NCBI GenBank assembly: GCA_002269645.1
Contig: NIVC01002661.1
Location: 1 to 64,000 of the forward strand
Reading direction: 5' to 3'
Source: Macrostomum lignano
Taxonomy: Eukaryota
DNA length: 64,000 nt
Part shown: positions 1-12,600 of the stretch, piece after piece
Layout of the letters: every line of letters begins with the position of its first letter
Position numbering within the stretch: position 1 is the stretch's first letter
The notes under the pieces: model-generated
Database searches by the model: none
Told to the model about the DNA's origin: nothing
What the model saw: the letters and a program-made list of their open reading frames with translations, nothing else
Translations under genes and position numbers: made by a program

Positions 1-331
1 CTCAATGAATTCTAAAATGGGTCTGAACCAACTGCTACATTGGTTTGAACAATCTCTTTGACCGCCGGCGAGCTACTGGTGGTAATTTAAACCGGCCTTA
101 ATGCGTCCAAACACCTAGCTTAGCTCGTTATGTTTCCGGGTTTCGTGCATAAATAGAGCGCGACTACTGTAAGTAGTATTTTGAAAAGTTCTTCGGTACT
201 TTTAGTACTTCGACTTAAATTACATCGCGCTTGTAACTTTTTCTTCCAAAGCTCAGATCTACTTACTATTAGCAGATGTAACAAGGGCTTTTTGTAAATA
301 TTGTGGTACAGTCAATTGACTTGAAACTCAC

Positions 332-1017
332 CCCATCCTTGAACTTCATGCTCAACTCCCGCTGGTTCAACAGTCGAACACTGGCCGAGGCCGGGTCGCT
401 GCCAAAGTACCTGGCCAGGACGAGGTGCTGGGATGCATAGGCTGACGCTGGCAGGTTGTCAGCCGGTGCAACGCCGCAGTGACAGCCGACTTGTCCGCCT
501 TCGTTCAGCAGCTTCAGCAGTGCGTAGCCTTCAAGTTGGTCAGCAGGGCGATGCCGGTAAGAGTAGCGGAGCGCCACCGAGACGGCGGCTGGCAGCCGAG
601 CTGTCGGAGCTGCTGGACCACCGACGACGGCAAGTCAAAGTGGGTCAGCCTTGCGGACTCATTCTGATCGGCTCCTGAATAACTTGCGCCTGCCAGTTGC
701 GGGGTCACCCGCAGTGCGTCTAGTTCCGTCTTTATTATCGATTGGTCATCCGGATTGTCTTCGAAGTCCGGCTGCGACCGCTGTTCAGCTTCTTCGGTCT
801 CTGCGTCCTCGCCCGCGGCTGTAAATCCGCACTCCGCCATCAGGCAGTGCAGGGTGAGCAGCAGCCAGTGAAACTGACTCTCCGGGCGGAGGTCTGCTAC
901 CAGGCGACTCAGCGATGGACAAAGTTGGCCATCTTCTGTGCAGATTTCCGACACCTCCTGGGGGAGTTGGTGCGACCTCGCCATTGTGCTGCATGCAGCC
1001 AGGCAACAGACTGTGCA
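332..1017 (-). CDS. FBXO7: Exon of an FBXO7-like (Fbxo7/PI31 'FP' domain) protein; gene continues beyond the window start; one apparent frameshift near 575
   Basis: Joining ORFs 514-1077 and 269-577 gives ...HWLLLTLHCLMAECGF...PPSRW / LRYSYRH...EGYALL...QHLVLARYF...RELSMKFKDG. This resembles, from memory, the FBXO7 FP-domain motifs LIHLLMLESGY, PEKWK..YKLQY.H and LSRLFKD. Acceptor ttggcgcag at about 1018; donor GTGAGT at 331. No F-box visible in the window. Confidence 0.55.
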
Positions 1018-1220
1018 CTGCGCCAAATAGGCCAGTGTAATTTCCAAACCAATATCTACAAAGTCACTGTTACTCATTTTAGAAGTTCACTTTCTCCATA
1101 GACAAAAGACTCGCCACTTCTCTTCCTCGAAACCAGCTGTTAGAGATCGTAGAGGAAGTAATCGAGTTGCAACCTTTTATTTGGGAAGTGACAAAAATAG
1201 CATACCTCATTGAATCACCA

Positions 1221-1854
1221 GTGACTGAAGCCCACCCCGTGACTGAAGCCCACCCGTGACTGCAGCCCACCCGTGACTGAAGCCCACCCGTGACTGAAGC
1301 CCACCCGTGACTGTAGCCCACCCGTGACTGAAGCCCACCCGTGACTGAAGCCCACCCGTGACTGCAGCCCACCCGTGACTGCAGCCCACCCGTGACTGCA
1401 GCTCACCCGTGACTGCAGCCCACCCGTGACTGCAGCCCACCCGTGACTGTAGCCCATCCTTGACTGAAGCTCACCCGTGACTGCAGCTCACCCGTGACTG
1501 CAGCCTACCAGTGACTGAAGCCCACCCGTGACTAAAGCCCACCCGTGACTGTAGCCCACCCGTGACTGTAGCCCACCCGTGACTGAAGCCCACCCGTGAC
1601 TGCAGCACACCCGTGACTAAAGCCCACCCGTGACTGCAGCCCACACGTGACTGCAGCCTACCAGTGACTGAAGCCCACCCGTGACTAAAGCCCACCCGTG
1701 ACTGTAGCCCACCCGTGACTGCAGCCCACCCGTGACTGCAGCCCACACGTGACTGCAGCCCACCCGTGACTGAAGCCCACCCGTGACTAAAGCCCACCCG
1801 TGACTGTAGCCCACCCGTGACTGTAGCCCACCCGTGACTGAAGCCTACCCGTGA
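1221..1854. repeat. 17-bp minisatellite (GTGACTGAAGCCCACCC)n
   Basis: Direct inspection; explains the spurious GxSHGW ORFs at 1079-1893. Confidence 0.95.
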
Positions 1855-2599
1855 CGGTGTGTTGAAACTCATTTTAATTATTTGTTTCAACATAAAAGAT
1901 TGAAATAACTTTTATTTAATTTTATTAAATCGCTCCAGAATTTACATTTTAGATAAAAATATACCCAGATCTGTAAAATTAGCTAACTCAGGACAAAGAA
2001 TTTCCTGATCCCATTTTTGAGTGCTCTTTGTTGACCAAATGCTTGGACTGTGAGCTCTCAGTTATTGATTTGTGGAGCAAAAAGAGCGAATTTAGCATTT
2101 TTGTTGGTTCATTTTCACAGCTGAAGGTCATAGGCTTAGATAATAACTAGAAATGTGCACTGGAATTCATAAGGCCGCGAGTTTTCTATCAGATTCTGAA
2201 ACTTCTAAACACAAATTAAAACACAAAGTTTTCAGCCATCAATGCCTAAAACAGCAAATCTAAGCAGGTGATGCTGATTTACCTGCAGTCATGCAAGTGG
2301 TCAGAACAAGCCCTTAACCGTAAAATCTGGTGATAAACAATAAGTTGATTGACAGCAGCTGCGGTCCCTGGACTGATTAAAATCTTAGAAATCTTAAATA
2401 AGTCGCTCAAAGCCGAAATTCGGTAAATAAACTGGAAAATTCCAACATGAAAAGCTGGCGAAGCCGTTCTCTAGCGATGGTGATATTCTGTGACACCTGG
2501 GAGGTCCGGTTTGTTTACATCAGACGTGCATAAATGCGAGCCTGTTTTACAGGCAAGAAACTCAGCATCATTCTCGACTGCTAAAATCAAAAGTAGGTC

Positions 2600-4841
2600 A
2601 TGAAGAATTCTCTTGCCCTCCTGCTGCTGCTGGCCGCGTCCACCTGTCTGGTGCAAGGTGATCTAACTTAAATGTTTTCGTAACTATTTTATGCTTCTGA
2701 GCAATTTGAATTCAAACTTCATTGTTGCCTTGTCATGCCATCGCTTTAGGCCAATCCGATGAAGACGACTTGCGAGCTACCTGCTGAGGCGGTTGGGCAA
2801 AACCGGCTCCATCGCTCGGCCTATCGCTCCCGGCAACGGAAGCCAGACGGTGGACTTGTCTCTGGGCCTGTCTCTGCTGCGAGTGGCGTCACTGAAGGAA
2901 TCGTCTGCTGAGATGGACGTGTGGATCCAGATGGTGAGAGAATTCTCTTCACACTCGAGCGTAGGTGGGGGGCCCAGGACGATTGGAGGTTTCGTGTGAA
3001 GGGGTTGCTGACGGAGAAACCGGGACACAGAGGTGTCCGCAGCGCGGTCCCCCTCCGGAGAGTCCAGGAGATGGATGGTTGCTCGCCCGGTAGCCCTTCG
3101 GTAGCGGACGAGCTGGCAGAGATTCTCGGGCCTGAAAACGTCGGAGACTCTCTTATTCTCAATCGCCACTCCGCAGTTCTGGAAGGACCGAGACTCAGCT
3201 GGGACCCGGCCGAATTCGGTGGTCTGAGCCAGATCGCCCTGCCCTCCAATCTGCTGTGGATTCCGGATGTTCGACCTTTCCATGCGTAAGTGTCTCGTGA
3301 CAGGCTTCTAAGATAAAGCTTCCATCTGCCCGCTCTGCTCCATCATTACAAGTATTCCCTCCGCCACCCGACCACCTCAGCGGGAACTACATACCGGACC
3401 GGGTCTCCCCAGTCCGAGTGGTCGCCATGAGCAGCTCTGACGTCATCTACGTACTGCCGGCCAGGCTGCGGGCTCCCTGCGACCGTCTGCGAAACAAGTC
3501 GATGAGCTGCCGCCCGGTGCTGGGCAGCTGGGTGTACAGCGGCCTCTTGCTGAACACGACGCTGAGCTCCAGCCCCTTCAATATGGCCGATTTTGAGCCT
3601 CTGGCCGGTTGGGACGTGGCCAGAGCCACCGCCAGGAGGGTCGAAACCTACTACGATTGCTGCCCAGAGCCCTACATCTCCATCAACTACAGCCTTGTGT
3701 GAGTAAACCCTACATCTCCATCAACTACAGCCTCGTGTGAGTAAACCCTACATCTCCATCAACTATACAGCCTTGTGTGAGTAAACCCTACATCTCCATC
3801 AACTATACAGCCTTGTGTGAGTAAACCCTACATCTCCATCAACTATACAGCCTTGTGTGAGTAAACCCTACATCTCCATCAACTATACAGCCTTGTGTGA
3901 GTAAACCCTACATCTCCATCAACTATACAGCCTCGTGTGAGTAAACCCTACATCTCCATCAACTACAGCCTCGTGTGAGTAAACCCTACATCTCCATCAA
4001 CTACAGCCTCGTGTGAGTAAACCCTACATCTCCATCAACTACAGCCTCGTGTGAGTAAACCCTACATCTCCATCAACTATACAGCCTTGTGTGAGTAAAC
4101 CCTACATCTCCATCAACTACAGCCTCGTGTGAGTAAACCCTACATCTCCATCAACTATACAGCCTTGTGTGAGTAAACCCTACATCTCCATCAACTACAG
4201 CCTCGTGTGAGTAAACCCTACATCTCCATCAACTATACAGCCTTGTGTGAGTAAACCCTACATCTCCATCAACTACAGCCTTGTGTGAGTAAACCCTGCA
4301 TCTCCATCAACTACAGCCTTGTGTGAGTAAACCCTACATCTCCATCAACTACAGCCTTGTGTGAGTAAACCCTACATCTCCATCAACTATACAGCCTTGT
4401 GTGAGTAAACTGACAGACGAATACTCTAGAATGCCACATAGTTCTTAATTCTTTAGCAGAAAAAAGCATCTATTCACAGAATGTGCGTTGTAGTCTACTC
4501 CTTGGGCGAAGATAAAGAGTAGGCAATTAGCGAATTTTCACGCCACGGTCGCAAGTTTACTATGCGCCTAATTACGATCGTGGGCCAACGTATTTATGCA
4601 CTTGAATCCTGGCTTCAATGCATTTTAAACTTTGCTAATTGCCTACTCTTAATCTTCACTAAAAGAGTAGGTTATAACACATTTAACGCAATATTTTGTG
4701 CATTTTGTAAGGAAACTCGAATTGGTGTCTTGTCGGTGAACCATGCTGCCCCCCGCAAATATTCACAGGCTCGACAAGAAGCGCAAGGGCAAGGATGGCA
4801 AGGGCAAGGGCAGGCCTCGCGGAGAAGAAGATGATGACTGA
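2600..4841 (+). CDS. Secreted acetylcholine-binding protein (AChBP)-like gene (nicotinic receptor ligand-binding domain without TM region), 5 exons; two 1-nt deletions (~2772, ~3189)
   Basis: Exons 2600-2657 (signal peptide MKNSLALLLLLAASTCLVQG), 2750-2933 (..RPIAPGNGSQTVDLSLGLSLLRV..MDVWIQM), 3177-3285 (FWKD[P]RLSWDPAEFGG..LWIPDV), 3381-3698 (..C-x9-C..GSWVYSG..YYDCCPEPYISINYSL) and 4769-4841 (VLDKKRKGKDGKGKGRPRGEEDDD*). All introns are GT-AG with matching phases 1,0,2,2. AATAAA at 4873. Confidence 0.85.
3670..4409 (+). repeat. 19 x 38/40-bp tandem repeat made of the AChBP exon-4 end plus its splice donor
   Basis: Unit CCCTACATCTCCATCAACT(AT)ACAGCCT(T/C)GTGTGAGTAAA; the first copy is coding (PYISINYSLV). 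Units counted by hand. Confidence 0.95.
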
Positions 4842-5138
4842 TGAATCTCGAAGACTGCCAAACTTTGATCTCAATAAACGTCTCAAGCTAACAATATTAA
4901 ACAATCGGAGATTTTCTTGAAAAAATAAATCGCAATGCCACCAAATAGATTAAGATGTCTTGAAACTGCACAACTACGAGCTTCCAATTACTCCAGACCC
5001 GACTCCAAGTCTCAAGTGGTACTTTTGTACTTTAGCGCATATGTCGCTTACCCCATAAGCTTGACCAGATGTCAAGACTTTTTAAGCTAAATAAATTCTC
5101 CAAAATTTCTGAATAAATTTTCAACACTACAATACAAG

Positions 5139-5424
5139 AATAATAATACTTTTAATTGACTACACCTTTCCTAATGGGCAGAGGTGCAACCGACAGCTTC
5201 TGAAGGCTGCGTACGGCTGTTCAGTCCAAGGACTGGGGGGTCGTCACACACAGCCTCAATTATCCCAGCTAATGCTGGCACCCATTTTACAGCTGGATGA
5301 ACTGAAGCAATGCAGAGTTAAGTGTCTTGCTCAGGGACACAAATTGTTCCGAGTGGGTCGAGAATCGAACCCCCGACCTTTCAGTCGTGAGTCCGACGCT
5401 CTGATCACTAGGCTACTGCAACCC
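5139..5424 (-). mobile_element. tRNA-derived CORE-type SINE
   Basis: Minus-strand head with A-box-like TAGCCTAGTGATCAGAGCG and B-box GGTTCGATTC. 5281-5340 (CCCATTTTACAGCTGG..GTTAAGTGTCTTGCTCAGGGACAC) resembles the MIR/CORE consensus (CCCATTTTACAGATG..GTTAAGTGACTTGCCCAAGGTCAC). Short (TAT)n tail. Confidence 0.7.
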
Positions 5425-6600
5425 ACTCCTAGGCTACAACACTGCATGCTATAAACGTCAAATCCAATTATCAGTAGCGTTTTTAACAAAAAAGATTTAA
5501 AACGATGTCCAGAACCTTTGTTAGGTAGACAGTAGTATAGCTAACTTTTTACTTGCAAATATGTGAAAAACGCAAATAAGACGAACTAGCTAAAATTGTG
5601 ACTGCGCCGCGCCAATGCAGCTTCCAAACTGTCCTGTGCGCTTAAATAAGTTTTGTCAGTGGGGCAGAGCGCGCAACCGTATTGTCGAAGAATTGTGCGA
5701 GAATAAGGATTGCACTGTTGCGGCCCAGCAGTCCAACGCATTTGGTGCCGCATCTGTGTGTCGCAACGGGCTGCTTCAATGAGCAAAGAGAGCTAATCAA
5801 TAACTTCAGTCGATAGTCAGAATTCTAGGAAACGATAGTCAGAAGAGGGCAGAAATCGAGACCTGACTCACATTATGTACAAGGAAATTTGTAAGCAATG
5901 GACCAAGAACCAGTTGGGGTCAGTCACAATCTTCGGCAGATGCTTCTATTGAAAACATGCGAATTGAAAAGCAACACTGTGCTGCAGCGGGAGCAAAGCT
6001 AAGCACGGGACGGTGCAGGAGAGGCTGCTGGTGTACCGATTAGAAAGCTGGCGATGCGCTCAGCATACTGCTACAAGTAGCTAAGGCAGTAAGACTGACC
6101 GATTTAATAAGCATTTTATGCGCACAGTTTTAAAAACCTTTGCAGAAGGTGTTTTACAAAGTCGAAAGATTAAATGATCGCTAGGGAGAAGGGAGAGCTT
6201 TGGTCAGTTAAATAAACCAAAACATGAAGGCGAAATCAGCATTGGGTTTGCAGCTTATCAAGTGCAGGCAGGTTTGCAAACTTCAGCGGTTCTTTGGTAA
6301 TTCGGGAGGCGCTGAAGCAGACAGTTACAGATCAGGCTTGGTCTGACTGCAGTTGTCTCTCAGCGCCTGCAGGACCTCCGGGTCTCTCATTGCGCTGTCA
6401 AACGAACGGTTTTGATGAGGACTCGCGCACAGGCAAGGCGCCTCTCGGAGCAGTAGCTCAAATGTGTGCGCCATCAGAGCCCGGAAAACTCCCAAGAAGA
6501 CGCTCTACTAGGAGCTAACGGGTGAAGAACACCGGAAGTCCTACTACTACTACTAATATACATGTAAATGGTCAACAACAGCGCAGAGTTGGTCGGAGGG

Positions 6601-9600
6601 TCAGTGACGCGACATGTCCACAGCCATGTCTTCTTCCTCGTCGATGTCCTCCATGTCTCCGGCCTGACAGCAGCCGGTGGTGGAGTCCTCTCTGGCCGGT
6701 GAGGTACGGCCCAGCGGGCTGCCCAGCTGGCTGCCCTGGTCTTCGGCAGTCTCGCCGGAACTGCCGGCCACCTTGATGCCAAGACTCTTGGGTATCTTGG
6801 CCAGTATGTGCACTCCGGCGCCGAAACTTTTGAACCAGGCGCCGCCCTGCTCCCAGGCGGTGTCCACGGACAGATAGAACGGGTGATAGGGCTGTCGGCA
6901 TTCGATGGGTCTCAGGTTTGTGTAAATCTGCAAGTTTATTTGTTACAATGTCTGGAGATGTGGCACAATAGTAGAGAAGTGAAACATGATTCACTGACTT
7001 AAGCTCATAATTGACTGCTCATAAATCACCGTGTGCTCATTAGGGATTGTGCTCATAAGGGACTGTGCTCATAAGGGACTGTGCTCGTAAGGGACTGTGA
7101 TGATAAGGGACTGTGCTCATAAGGGACTGTGCTCATAAGGGACTGTGCTCATAAGGGACTGTGCTCATAAGGGACTGTGCTCATAAGGGACTGTGCTCAT
7201 AAGGGACTGTTCTCATAAGGGACTGCGCTTACTGCTTACCTTGAACACCTCGAGTGCGTCGATGGGCAGCTCACTGTAGGAGTTTGAGGCCGGCAGGTAG
7301 TACCGCCTCTCATCAGCGCCCGGACACTGGCTGAACTGCAGGAACTCGGAGCCGTCAATATTAGTCAACACCTGGAACTGGCCCCAGGTGAGCGACTTGT
7401 GCCGACTGGTGCCACGGACGCAGAAGTGAACTCGATTGAAGAACCACAGCGTGTTGAGTAGAGCCTAAAATCAAGTTCATGTATTCGGCTGCATTCTCTG
7501 CTACTTTTATCAAATAAACAACAACCGTTATATAAGTTTAATTTTGGAAAACAACAACAACTGTTTGGGTGAGGGTTATTAAATAATTATTGATCGACCC
7601 CACCATACGAATGTACATCAAGAGTACAAGTGTACATTGTGGCTTTATTAATTTTGTGTTTATTCATTTCATTTCACTTCCTTTCTAAAAACCTTAATGT
7701 CTCCGAAACTTCATTTCTCCGAAACTTCATTTCTCCGGAACTTCATATCTCCGAAACTTCATATCTCCGAAACTTCATATCTCCGAAACTTCATATCTCC
7801 GAAACTTCATATCTCCGAAACTTCATATCTCCGGAACTTCATATCTCCGGAACTTCATATCTCCGAAACTTCATTTCTCCGAAACTTCATATCTCCGAAA
7901 CTTCATATCTCCGAAACTTCATATCTCCGAAACTTCATATCTCCGAAACTTCATATCTCCGAAACTTCATATCTCCGAAACTTCATATCTCCGGAACTTC
8001 ATATCTCCGAAACTTCATATCTCCGAAACTTCATATCTCTGAAACTTCATATCTCCGAAACTTCATGTCCCCAAAAACTTCATATCTCTGTAACTTCATA
8101 TCTCCGAAACTTCATATCCCTGAAACTTCATATCTCCGGAACTTCATATCTCCGGAACTTCATATCTCCGGAACTTCATATCTCTGAAACTTCATATCTC
8201 CGAAACTTCATATCTCTGAAACTTCATATCTCTGAAACTTCATATCTCCGGAACTTCATATCTCCGGAGCTTCATATCTCCGGAGCTTCATATCCCTGAA
8301 CCTTCATATCTCCAATAAGCCTAACCCCAACGGAGATATAAAGTTTCGGGGTTGGGAAAAAGGCTGCTATTTCGGAGATATGAAACCTTCAAGTTCTTGC
8401 TAAAAAAAGTCCTGGATAAAACAACTCGCATCATTGAAGTGCATTATTAAAGGTGTCTTTGTAGCTATTAAAAAACTTCATTCGATTTGACGGTTTGACA
8501 CGACTTATTTTTACCCATTCACGTGTGTCCCTGCTCAGAGCCAGAAGCAATTCCATTTGCCCAATCTGCAATTCATTCTTTGTCTCAGCAATAATTATAA
8601 ATATTAGTATTCATAATTTCACATGCCGAAAGCAGAGAACAGAAAATGTTCGGCGTCAGCCGTCATAATAATTAATGCCGCTAGCAGCCGACTGCTTCCG
8701 CAGTTGCGCTCTGTTTCAATAAGCATATGCAAGTGTCCGATATACCAAGTGGACAGCCCTGATTCAACAAGCCCATAATGCCTGCTCTCCAGTCTACCGG
8801 TAATTTGGCAGTTGAACAGAGTGACTTTTCCTACTCAACAAAGCTGTATGACTCATATCGTGCCGATATAATTGTTTCTCTGTTGCCAGGCGCAAGTTGA
8901 AAGCTCAATTTGTACAACATAGTCGAGGAAATACAACTGGAAGCAAAAAAAGCAGCACAGAGCCGCTAATTTAGCAGAGGAAATCGAGCTTTCTGGAGAT
9001 ATGAGACTCCATAGAACAGGTGAACTCCACCCCACCTTTGGCTTGGATACCAAAAATCTGCATTTAGCCACGCACGAGTGCCCCTCCGAGCCATAGACAT
9101 CTCGCATTTGTTTCGGACGCGCGGGGACCCAATCGGTGGACAATGTCGCCTATATTACAGTCGAGCCGAGGAAACAGCAATCAGACGAATAAAAGCGCGG
9201 GGGGGCCATTCAGACCAGGAAATATATGGGCGCCTTGTGCAATAAAATGTAATTGGCAAAGTAGCGAATTTCTGGCAAAAGAGCGGAAAGTCGTTTCAAG
9301 CAGAGAGATCGAGAGGATGGGTAGAAATACGACCTAATGTGTCTGTCTCCTTTTGCAGCCACGGTAAGAGATGGAATTCCAAGGACCGAGCACAATGGAT
9401 ACTGTCTCCTGCAGCCAGATAGTTAGCCCCCGCTTTAGGCAGCCTCTTGTGACAAGAGACGAAAATTGATATAAGTTGAAAAAAGACAACAGAGGAACTG
9501 AAAAACACACTGGTGGATGCTCTGCTGTGTCAGCATCAACTGCCGGTAGCGAGCCAACAAGTTCAAACTTCGCGGCTGCTCCTAGTGAAGTATTTTTTCT

Positions 9601-12600
9601 TCAGCGGCTCTTTAAACCTGAAACAATGTAGCGAACTGGTGGCGGGACCGCTCTGATCTCGACGGTTCTCGGCATTCCCTTGTTTTATATTGGCTGACCG
9701 AATTCACGGGTGTTTCACGAGTCGCTCCCGAGCGCGCCGGGAGGCCCCGCGCGGCTTATTGCCAATTATAACCATCGGGGGCCCGCGCTCTTCCACACGG
9801 GCTATGCGTATAAATATACTGTATATATATAAATAGTCTTTTGAATTTTTACGCTCCAACTTCATGTTGCTTGTCCCCAAATCGGGTTCATCATCTGCTA
9901 CTATGCCGGCCCGATGTATTGTGTTGAACCAATAAGGCGCTTCAACAGGCCACGGCGGTCCAAAACCCATGGGAGCGGAAGCCAGGGGGACCGGGGGGGG
10001 GGGCGCAATAAACCTTCGCTCAGGTGGCTTCAATAAATGCTGCGATTTTTCTCTTTTTTATACAATTTTATTATTTCATTTTTTACACTGCACAAAATAA
10101 GCGGTCCTTTATACTCCGGAAGAATTGGGAAATGCGACCACATTGCTCCCGGTGTAAATTCTGTCTGGAGAATCTGTTATCTAAACAAATTGCCCCATGT
10201 CCAAGAGAATTAATAGTGTGCTTGCACAGGAAATCCTGACACGCAAGACTGGCCCGCTTTCGCCCCAAATTCAGGGCGGAACCGCCGCTGACCCATTAAA
10301 GATTTAAGAGATTTGTTTCCGTAATTACCTGCTGCAACCCCGGCGCAGCTGACAAACAATTTCAGATTGACAAGCTCAGGTGGCGTGTGAAAATTGCTGT
10401 ACTTCGCTAAAAGCTCAACCAAGTGATCCGAAAAAGGATGCCGATCAGTGCAAGACCATCTTTTCTTCGGTTCGTTTAATCCTTCCCTGTACAGCATGTT
10501 GCTTATGAAAATTTTGAATTCGGAATTACACTCCCCCCCCCCCGACCTATTTTGATTATTTCATCCTCCATTTTTTTTTATTATTACAAGCCGCGGCGTC
10601 GGTCGCAATAATGATACGAAGTTTGCCGCGATGCGGCTTCAGCCTCTGCCTTACCCCAGCAACCTCCTGATGCCCTCCTGAGCTTTCTTCTTTCCCCTTT
10701 GCTGCTGCGTCTTTCGGGGGTATAAAAGTTTAATAAAACACGGGCGGGGTTGCGGTGTGCATTTTTGGGTCGTTCTCCTTTTCTTTTTAAATTCGCAACC
10801 ATCTCTGGCTAGGAGCAGAAAATCGGGAGAAACTGCGAAGCGCGGGACAGTAAATTGGCTTGAGAGGCGGAAGCAGAGATGACACATCGCGAAGGCTTGG
10901 GACCAGCCAACTACTTGGGGTTGGCTGGTAGCTTCGAATGCTGGAAGAAAAACTTTTGCTTGTCAAAATCAAGAAGAAACGGATATTTCTGCTTCTGAAT
11001 GTCGCGCGTAGCCGCCCCGCCAATTTAACGATGCGATCTTTCTATCACTAATGCATTTTGTCTGTATACAGTTTGGTCTGTTCAATGAAAGAATTCAATT
11101 TTGATAGAGTTGCTACGAGCCTATCTCAAGAACTACCGGTTCTTTCATCATCTGCCGAAAATTACTTGATTAATCATTTAATGTTACATTTGCTGCCATT
11201 TTACAGTCACATATTCCGCTGTGTTACATCTTCCACCATGCTACATCTTCCGCTGTGTTACATCTTCCGCCATGCTACATCTTCCGCTGTGTTACATCTT
11301 CCGCTGTGTTACATCTTCCGCTGTGTTACATCTTCCGCTGTGGTACATCTTCCGCTGTGTTACATCTTCCACTGTGTTACATCTTCCGCTGTGTTACATC
11401 TTCCGCTGTGTTACATCTTCCACTGTGTTACATCTTCCACTGTGTTACATCTTCCGCTGTGTTACATCTTCCGCTGTGTTACATCTTCCGCTGTATTACA
11501 TCTTCCGCTGTGTTACATCTTCCGCCATGCTACATCATCCGCTGTGTTACATCTTCCGCTGTGTTACATCTTCCGCTGTGTTACATCTTCCGCTGTGGTA
11601 CATCTTCCACCATGCTACATCTTCCGCCTTGCTACATCTTCCTATTATCAGCCACAATCTCATCAAAGAAGCAATTAAACCCCATTCGGACTCTCACCTG
11701 CGGACTGTCTGTACCGAGCAGGCCAGAATTGAACAGATGCGCCGCGTGTTCAACCGACAAGCTCTTTGGCACCGCCGTTGTCCTAGAGATCGCCCGCAAC
11801 TCCTGCAGCCTGGCATTCATGGCGGTCCTCGTGCCAACGAATGCGGCGTCACGCAGAACCGAGCCGTTGTAGTTGTAGGTCTGCGCGGTGAGGATGGGGA
11901 TAGGGAGTGACTGTCGGTCCTTCAAATCGTCTGCACGAATGAGGACACTAGAACAGAGCAAGGTGCGCAATGCAAGGTGTAGTCGGTGAGCTAGCACCTA
12001 CTCCCTGTACACTTTAAGCTAAGATCGAGCCTCACAAAAGCGATAAGCTCTGCGAGGCCATCCTGAGAATTCTAAACTTTTGTTTCTCGTCTTTACTTCT
12101 TTGCAAAATAAATAGCAACTTCTCTGTAAATTTGCCATTCATGATCTAATAATGACTGTCAGAAAATCTGACGCAGACACTGAGACAGGCACTGAGACAG
12201 GCACTGAGACAGGCACTGAGACAGGCACTGAGACAGGCACTGAGGCAGGCATTGAGACAGGCACTGAGACAGGCACTGAGACAGGCACTGAGCCAGGCAC
12301 TGAGACAGTCACTGAGACAGGCACTGAGACAGGCACTGAGACAGGCACTGAGACAGGCACTGAGACAGGCACTGAGACAGGCACTGAGACAGGCACTGAG
12401 ACAGGCACTGAGACAGGCACTGAGACAGGCACTGAGACAGGCACTGAGACAGGCACTGAGACAGGCACTGAGACAGTCACAAAGACAGACACTGAGACAG
12501 GCACTGAGACAGGCACTGAGACAGGCACTGAGACAGGCACTGAGACAGGCACTGAGACAGGCACTGAGACAGGCACTGAGACAGGCACTGAGACAGGCAC

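Noticed and set aside
2750-3702. Ordinary nicotinic receptor alpha subunit
   Set aside because: No TM-encoding exon follows; an in-phase terminal exon with stop and AATAAA lies at 4769-4878; the Cys-loop lacks FPFD.
5350-5428. Functional tRNA gene
   Set aside because: The arms are imperfect and it is joined to a CORE-like body and tail, so it is a SINE head.
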